Positions 59,467-64,000 of a DNA stretch of 64,000 nt are shown one piece after another. The stretch lies in the IMG/VR virus record IMGVR_UViG_3300029922_000001, positions 124,001 to 188,000 of that record. One strand, written 5' to 3'. The position numbers and the translations under genes were made by a program. The notes below the pieces were generated by a model. The model ran no database searches. It had not been told where the DNA came from and saw only the letters and a list, made by a program, of their open reading frames with translations. Positions within the stretch are counted from its first letter, which is position 1, and each line of letters opens with the position of its first letter.

Positions 59467-61689
59467 TCAAGTCTTGAATGGTAAATTTTTAAAAACTGGA
59501 ACTTCATTATACATTTCGTACATGAGAGCATTCAAATTAGTAGAACGTTGTTGTTGTCTATCATTGGTTACAGCCGCATCAATAGCAGATTGTGTGCCCA
59601 TGACAATGCAAAGTTTTTTAGCTCTAGTGACACCAGTATAAAACAAATTTCTCTGTAACATATTAGCATGAGAAGGATGTAAAATCATAATTACAGCGTT
59701 ATATTCACTACCTTGAACTTTGTGTACAGTACAACAGAATGAGTGAACAATATCTATGACATCACTTTTATCATAGGAAATTGGGTGTGGAATATCAGGG
59801 TATTGGACCTTGATATCTACATTATCATTACCTACTTTAACAATATCTGCAATTACACCAGTGTCGCCATTAAAAATTTCTTTATTATAGTCATTTCTGA
59901 TTTGCATAACACGATCCCCAACCCTAAGAACCCTAAAATCATTCTTGTATTCATTTTTGGATATGCTGGGTGGATTTAATGCTTGCTGTAAGACTGGATT
60001 TAAGTCTTCTACGCCTAATCCTCTCTTGTTCATGGGGCTAAGAATTTGAATTTCCGACGTTGGAATACCAAGCTTAGGAATTTGTTCAGTAATCATAGTT
60101 ATTAAATATTTTTTAAGTAATTCCATGTCGGAAACAGATACGAACATACAACTTTGCCCCTTGCTTTCTTTAGGTGAAGGCAAAGTTGGGACTCTTCCAT
60201 GAATAATATCGTGTGCAACGCTAATAATAGACGAACCAGCTTCTTGACGGTAAATTCGTTCTAATTTAGTCTTAGAAATAAAACCACCATCAATAAGATC
60301 CTTAAAAACATTACCAGGACCAACAGGAGGTAACTGATCTGAGTCACCAATAAAAATAATACGAGTATTAGTTTGTAGTGCCTCAAATAATTTAGCAGCT
60401 AAGACAACATCAATCATAGAGGATTCATCAATGATTAAACATTGAGTTGGCAATGGATTAAATTTATTAAACTCTGCCTTACCACTCTTGTCATATTTCA
60501 AAAGTCTATGAATTGTACTAGCGGGATAGCCTGAAGCACTACGTAGCTTTTTGGCAGCTTTACCAGTTGGTGAACATAGACTAAAACTCACACCATAATG
60601 TTCAAAAGCACGGCATAGTGTTCTTGTGATTGTTGATTTACCCGTACCTGGTCCTCCACGTAGAATTTTAACACGCTCAACCATTGCTTCAAAAAGTGCT
60701 TGAAACTGTTCATCATCCAATGTAATTCCCTCAGTAACTAATTGGTATTTTTCAACTGCTGCTTTAAATTCCTCAACAGAATTGACCAATGGAACATTAG
60801 GATAGTGATCATTTTCAAAAATACGTTCAGCAATAGTTTTTTCAGCGTAGTACAATTCAGCTAAGAAAATCTTATATTTGTCAAAGACGAAATCGCCTTT
60901 ATCAATACCTTTAGTAAGAGCAGAGCTAAACTCAGACACCGTAATATCGTAATCTAGAAGTTTTATAACGCTATCTGCAAGAGCATCTTGCATCATATAA
61001 CAGTGTCCTTGCTTACTGTGAGCCTCTAGCGTGTGTTCTGTAGCGGCAACGATTCTTTCTAGGGAATTATATTTTACACCCCGCGATAAGGCAAATTTAT
61101 CAACCCTATCAAAACCCAACATTCTAACCTTGATAAGATCGTAAGGGAAATTTTCAATTGTAGAAATAGGATCAGGGAATCGTTCAATAATACGCTTAGC
61201 GATAGTTGCAGACCATCCTAATGCCATAATTTTACCAAGTATTTGATTTTCATTACGCTTGTCTTCCCAATTTTCAGCAACAGAATCGGCACGATGCTTT
61301 TGGATGTCAGGAACCTCATAGACTCGTTTAGGGTCATGGTCCAAAACTTCCAACGTTTTATCGCCAAAATGGGCAACAATAGCATTTGCTGTAACAATTC
61401 CAACATCTGCAAACAGGTGAACTAGATAGTTGGTAATACCTTCTAGTGTGGAAAAACCATTTTCTTGATACGATAATGATTTGTATTGCTTTCCATATTT
61501 AGGGTGTTGAACTTCTTCAACCTGAAAAGTGATTTGTGCGCCATTGGTTAGGTTCGATAATTCGCCAACAACTTTAACAGTGCCTTTTTTGGTTTGTAAA
61601 GTTACGATAGCGTATCCGCTATCAAATCGAATTACATTGATAACTTCACCTTTAACGGTCTTAGATGGAGATTGTGTTTCTACACTCAT
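59467..61689 (-). CDS. recD2: RecD2-like SF1B helicase
   Basis: HPKYGKQY, HhH region, GGPGTGKS, IIDESSM, GDSDQLPPVGPG, IFNGDTG, TVHKVQGSEY, YTGVTRAK. Likely start 61689. Confidence 0.93.
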   Translation of the reverse strand: MSVETQSPSKTVKGEVINVIRFDSGYAIVTLQTKKGTVKVVGELSNLTNGAQITFQVEEVQHPKYGKQYKSLSYQENGFSTLEGITNYLVHLFADVGIVTANAIVAHFGDKTLEVLDHDPKRVYEVPDIQKHRADSVAENWEDKRNENQILGKIMALGWSATIAKRIIERFPDPISTIENFPYDLIKVRMLGFDRVDKFALSRGVKYNSLERIVAATEHTLEAHSKQGHCYMMQDALADSVIKLLDYDITVSEFSSALTKGIDKGDFVFDKYKIFLAELYYAEKTIAERIFENDHYPNVPLVNSVEEFKAAVEKYQLVTEGITLDDEQFQALFEAMVERVKILRGGPGTGKSTITRTLCRAFEHYGVSFSLCSPTGKAAKKLRSASGYPASTIHRLLKYDKSGKAEFNKFNPLPTQCLIIDESSMIDVVLAAKLFEALQTNTRIIFIGDSDQLPPVGPGNVFKDLIDGGFISKTKLERIYRQEAGSSIISVAHDIIHGRVPTLPSPKESKGQSCMFVSVSDMELLKKYLITMITEQIPKLGIPTSEIQILSPMNKRGLGVEDLNPVLQQALNPPSISKNEYKNDFRVLRVGDRVMQIRNDYNKEIFNGDTGVIADIVKVGNDNVDIKVQYPDIPHPISYDKSDVIDIVHSFCCTVHKVQGSEYNAVIMILHPSHANMLQRNLFYTGVTRAKKLCIVMGTQSAIDAAVTNDRQQQRSTNLNALMYEMYNEVPVFKNLPFKT

Positions 61690-61860
61690 TAGGTTCATTA
61701 TAAACGATTTGAAGCCTCTAAGTCAACCTAAAAGACATTCTCTTTTTTGGCGTACATAATAAGGCATATAATAAATTAAGCTAGATTTAATATCTAAGAG
61801 GAATTTAAAAAACATTTTTGAATGAAATATTGTATTCTAAAAAACAAAAAGGAGAATAAA

Positions 61861-62145
61861 ATGCAAAAAGAATTCAATAATAATAATGTAGACGAAAGTG
61901 CCGGTCAAGGTCATTGGAAATTCATACTTTATAAGCCCGAAGATGGTAATGCGCTTCCAAATTTCATTGGCTATTTAAGAACAAACACTAATTTCCACAC
62001 AGTAGGTGTTAAACTCGAAAATGGTAGTCTTAAAACGATTGCCAGTATACCTAGTGGAAATGTTGCCGCTGTTTATGACGTAAATATTGTCGAAAGGATA
62101 GACGAAAAATTAAAGGAAAAAGCCACAGCATCCAGTAAAAAATAA
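61861..62145 (+). CDS. Hypothetical protein
   Basis: SD AAGGAG before the ATG at 61861. Confidence 0.7.
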   Translation: MQKEFNNNNVDESAGQGHWKFILYKPEDGNALPNFIGYLRTNTNFHTVGVKLENGSLKTIASIPSGNVAAVYDVNIVERIDEKLKEKATASSKK

Positions 62146-62147
62146 TT

Positions 62148-62429
62148 ATGTGGTATTCGCCTGATGAAACTAATAAGATAAAGAAAGTAGAGGAACAAAA
62201 AGGACCCAATGGGACTTTACTTTCTTTATTAACTAAAAAAATTGTTAAAAGAATTTTGTTTAGTAAGGGTGAGTATCGTATCTATGACGAAGACGTAGAA
62301 GTTTTCACACGTAAAATCTTGAATCAAATTCAGAAAAGCTATGGTGACATTGAGAAAATTCGATATAAAATTCCTAATACCGAATTGTTACCCATTATAG
62401 AAAAGATAGCCAAACAAATTGTAAAGTAA
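62148..62429 (+). CDS. Hypothetical protein
   Basis: 93 aa, 2 nt after the previous stop. Confidence 0.65.
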   Translation: MWYSPDETNKIKKVEEQKGPNGTLLSLLTKKIVKRILFSKGEYRIYDEDVEVFTRKILNQIQKSYGDIEKIRYKIPNTELLPIIEKIAKQIVK

Positions 62430-62445
62430 ATTGTATAATTTAAGT

Positions 62446-63456
62446 ATGCAAAATAGAAAATTTGATCCAGATAGAATTATTGATTATAATGTAGACTATT
62501 ACACTATATTAGGCTTGAAGAGAGATGACTTTCCTAAAGACACAAGCCCAAATTCTAAGAGAAAAATTGCCGATTTGCTTGATCGTGCCTACAGAGAAAG
62601 TGCAATCATTTGTCATCCTGATAATGGTGGCACAGAAGAAGACTTTAAGAGACTTATTAGGGCACACACCGTTCTTAGTGACCATTTAATGCGTAAAATG
62701 TATGATAGTGGCGGTACATATAGACCAAGAACGATAGAAGATGGTACCAGTGATTGGGAAATTGACTGGGATAAGTTAGGAAACTATAGAAAAGGTACTA
62801 CAGCAGATACTATTGGATATGGTTTATTTGCCATCGTATGTGACATCATTGACGAATTGAATTTAATTCCAGCATTTTACCCATCTGAGCCTTATCACTC
62901 TTATAATTGGGATTTTGTTATTCTTAAAAAAGAAATTAAAGCAATTATCAATGGTAATCTCGTTAAATCTCCTGAAATTCCCAAATTAGCTATTGCTGTC
63001 GTACCAGATGAAGAAGAAGTTTTACGACTTACAGATAGTAGTAAAATTGCAACATCATTGCCATTTAAAATTTATATATATATCCCTCGTAAAAGTATTC
63101 AGCCATTGAGAGCAAATGACGAAGAAATTAAAGGAAATAGTCGCTCATACACTATGAAAGGTCATATGAAAGCTATTACATATTCTGATATAGATTTAGT
63201 AGAAACAACGCAACTTTCAGTTGCTGAAGATTATCTTCGTAATAATTTGATTCATGATTTGGAAAAGTATCGTAATGGAACGCTTGAAAAAGAACAACAA
63301 AAGAAAGATACTGAAGCTAAACGTACCACTTGGATGGACACTGAGCAAATCAAACAAATGGATCAGAACTTATTGAAGGCAATTTTACAGACAAAGGTTT
63401 ACACATTTAAACCTGATCCTACTAAATCTGAGTTTTTACAAAAAATTCCAGATTAA
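62446..63456 (+). CDS. J-domain protein with unknown C-terminal domain
   Basis: DYYTILGL, AYRESAIICHPDNGG, FKRLIRAHTVLSD..RKMYD; start at ATG 62446 (TGTATAAT-6nt). Confidence 0.85.
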   Translation: MQNRKFDPDRIIDYNVDYYTILGLKRDDFPKDTSPNSKRKIADLLDRAYRESAIICHPDNGGTEEDFKRLIRAHTVLSDHLMRKMYDSGGTYRPRTIEDGTSDWEIDWDKLGNYRKGTTADTIGYGLFAIVCDIIDELNLIPAFYPSEPYHSYNWDFVILKKEIKAIINGNLVKSPEIPKLAIAVVPDEEEVLRLTDSSKIATSLPFKIYIYIPRKSIQPLRANDEEIKGNSRSYTMKGHMKAITYSDIDLVETTQLSVAEDYLRNNLIHDLEKYRNGTLEKEQQKKDTEAKRTTWMDTEQIKQMDQNLLKAILQTKVYTFKPDPTKSEFLQKIPD

Positions 63457-63538
63457 TCATCATGTGGTTGTTAAAAGGGATAAAAAACATATTCTTATTA
63501 ATGACTGGTAATCGTCCCGTCCACCAGGAGGAATTATA

Positions 63539-64000
63539 TTGGCACAACGACATATATATATTTTAGACACTTGTGTATTGCTACACGATCCTAAATCTTT
63601 ATTCAAATTCCAGAACAATGATGTTTATTTACCTTTAGCCGTCATTGATGATCTTGACGACCAAAAGGCTCGTAAAGAAGCTGTTGCTGCGTCCGCAAGA
63701 GAGGTTTTTAGACAACTAAAACCTTTGAATTTGGATCAAATAGGAGATGAAGGCATACCCCTTAATAAAGAAGGTGGTAAATTGTTTATCTATAATCATG
63801 ATAAACAAAGCGAAACCCCTAACATTACACGCATGAATTCAGATAATGCATTAATTGTCTGCTGTCTTGTGTTGCAAGCTAAATTCCCAGATCAAAAGGT
63901 AACTATTGTTACAAAAGATACAGGATTGAGAGTCAGAGCAGCAGCTTATGGTTGTCTTACTGAAAACTATCGTTCCGATCTAATTGAAGATGGAATATAT
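63539..64000 (+). CDS. PIN-domain protein of the PIN-PhoH (PhoH2/YlaK) type, 3'-truncated; not in the ORF track
   Basis: SD AGGAGG, TTG start; MAQRHIYILDTCVLLHDP...VIDDLD...SDNALI...IVTKDTGLRVRA; open to the window end. The PhoH domain is inferred, not seen. Confidence 0.85.
   Translation, partial: MAQRHIYILDTCVLLHDPKSLFKFQNNDVYLPLAVIDDLDDQKARKEAVAASAREVFRQLKPLNLDQIGDEGIPLNKEGGKLFIYNHDKQSETPNITRMNSDNALIVCCLVLQAKFPDQKVTIVTKDTGLRVRAAAYGCLTENYRSDLIEDGIY

Noticed and set aside
2495-61759. Other 60-112 aa ORFs nested in or antisense to long genes (e.g. 46667, 46779, 40234, 41350, 58205)
   Set aside because: They overlap well-supported genes or terminators and have no start signals or motifs.
1-64000. 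TAG-recoded genetic code (code 15), suggested by the CTA tRNA
   Set aside because: Genes up to 9.5 kb are uninterrupted in code 11 and coding density is already near complete; no ORF needs TAG read-through.

Overview
AT-rich fragment of a large (jumbo/huge) tailed phage genome, read with the standard genetic code. Bases 1-36 kb are a + strand virion (tail/baseplate/fibre) module of very large N/T/S-rich proteins (up to 3178 aa; PA14, LamG, BNR, NHL and VWA motifs), interrupted by a solo TnpB. Bases 36-46 kb hold two serine proteases, DnaJ, a UvsW-like SF2 helicase and two - strand fibre genes. Bases 46.8-56.3 kb form a tRNA/translation island (MazG-like, RNase AS-like exonuclease, RNA array, ATP-grasp, capsid-fold paralog, Thg1-like, second TnpB, macrodomain), followed by RecD2, a second J-domain protein and a partial PIN-PhoH. 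The most notable feature is the RNA operon at 47848-48815. A sigma70-consensus promoter drives a Lys-rich 12-codon leader with attenuator-like alternative hairpins. It is followed by four tRNA-Lys variants (two atypical, one with a 24-nt anticodon insert), an amber (CTA) tRNA, and a ~325-nt ncRNA whose two ends rebuild the 23S rRNA GTPase-associated centre (H43/H44) with compensatory base changes around a 253-nt structured insert. All six RNAs carry the same CGAGA 3' trailer. Many genes look leaderless, under two distinct promoter motifs. All calls are by eye; no database searches were run.
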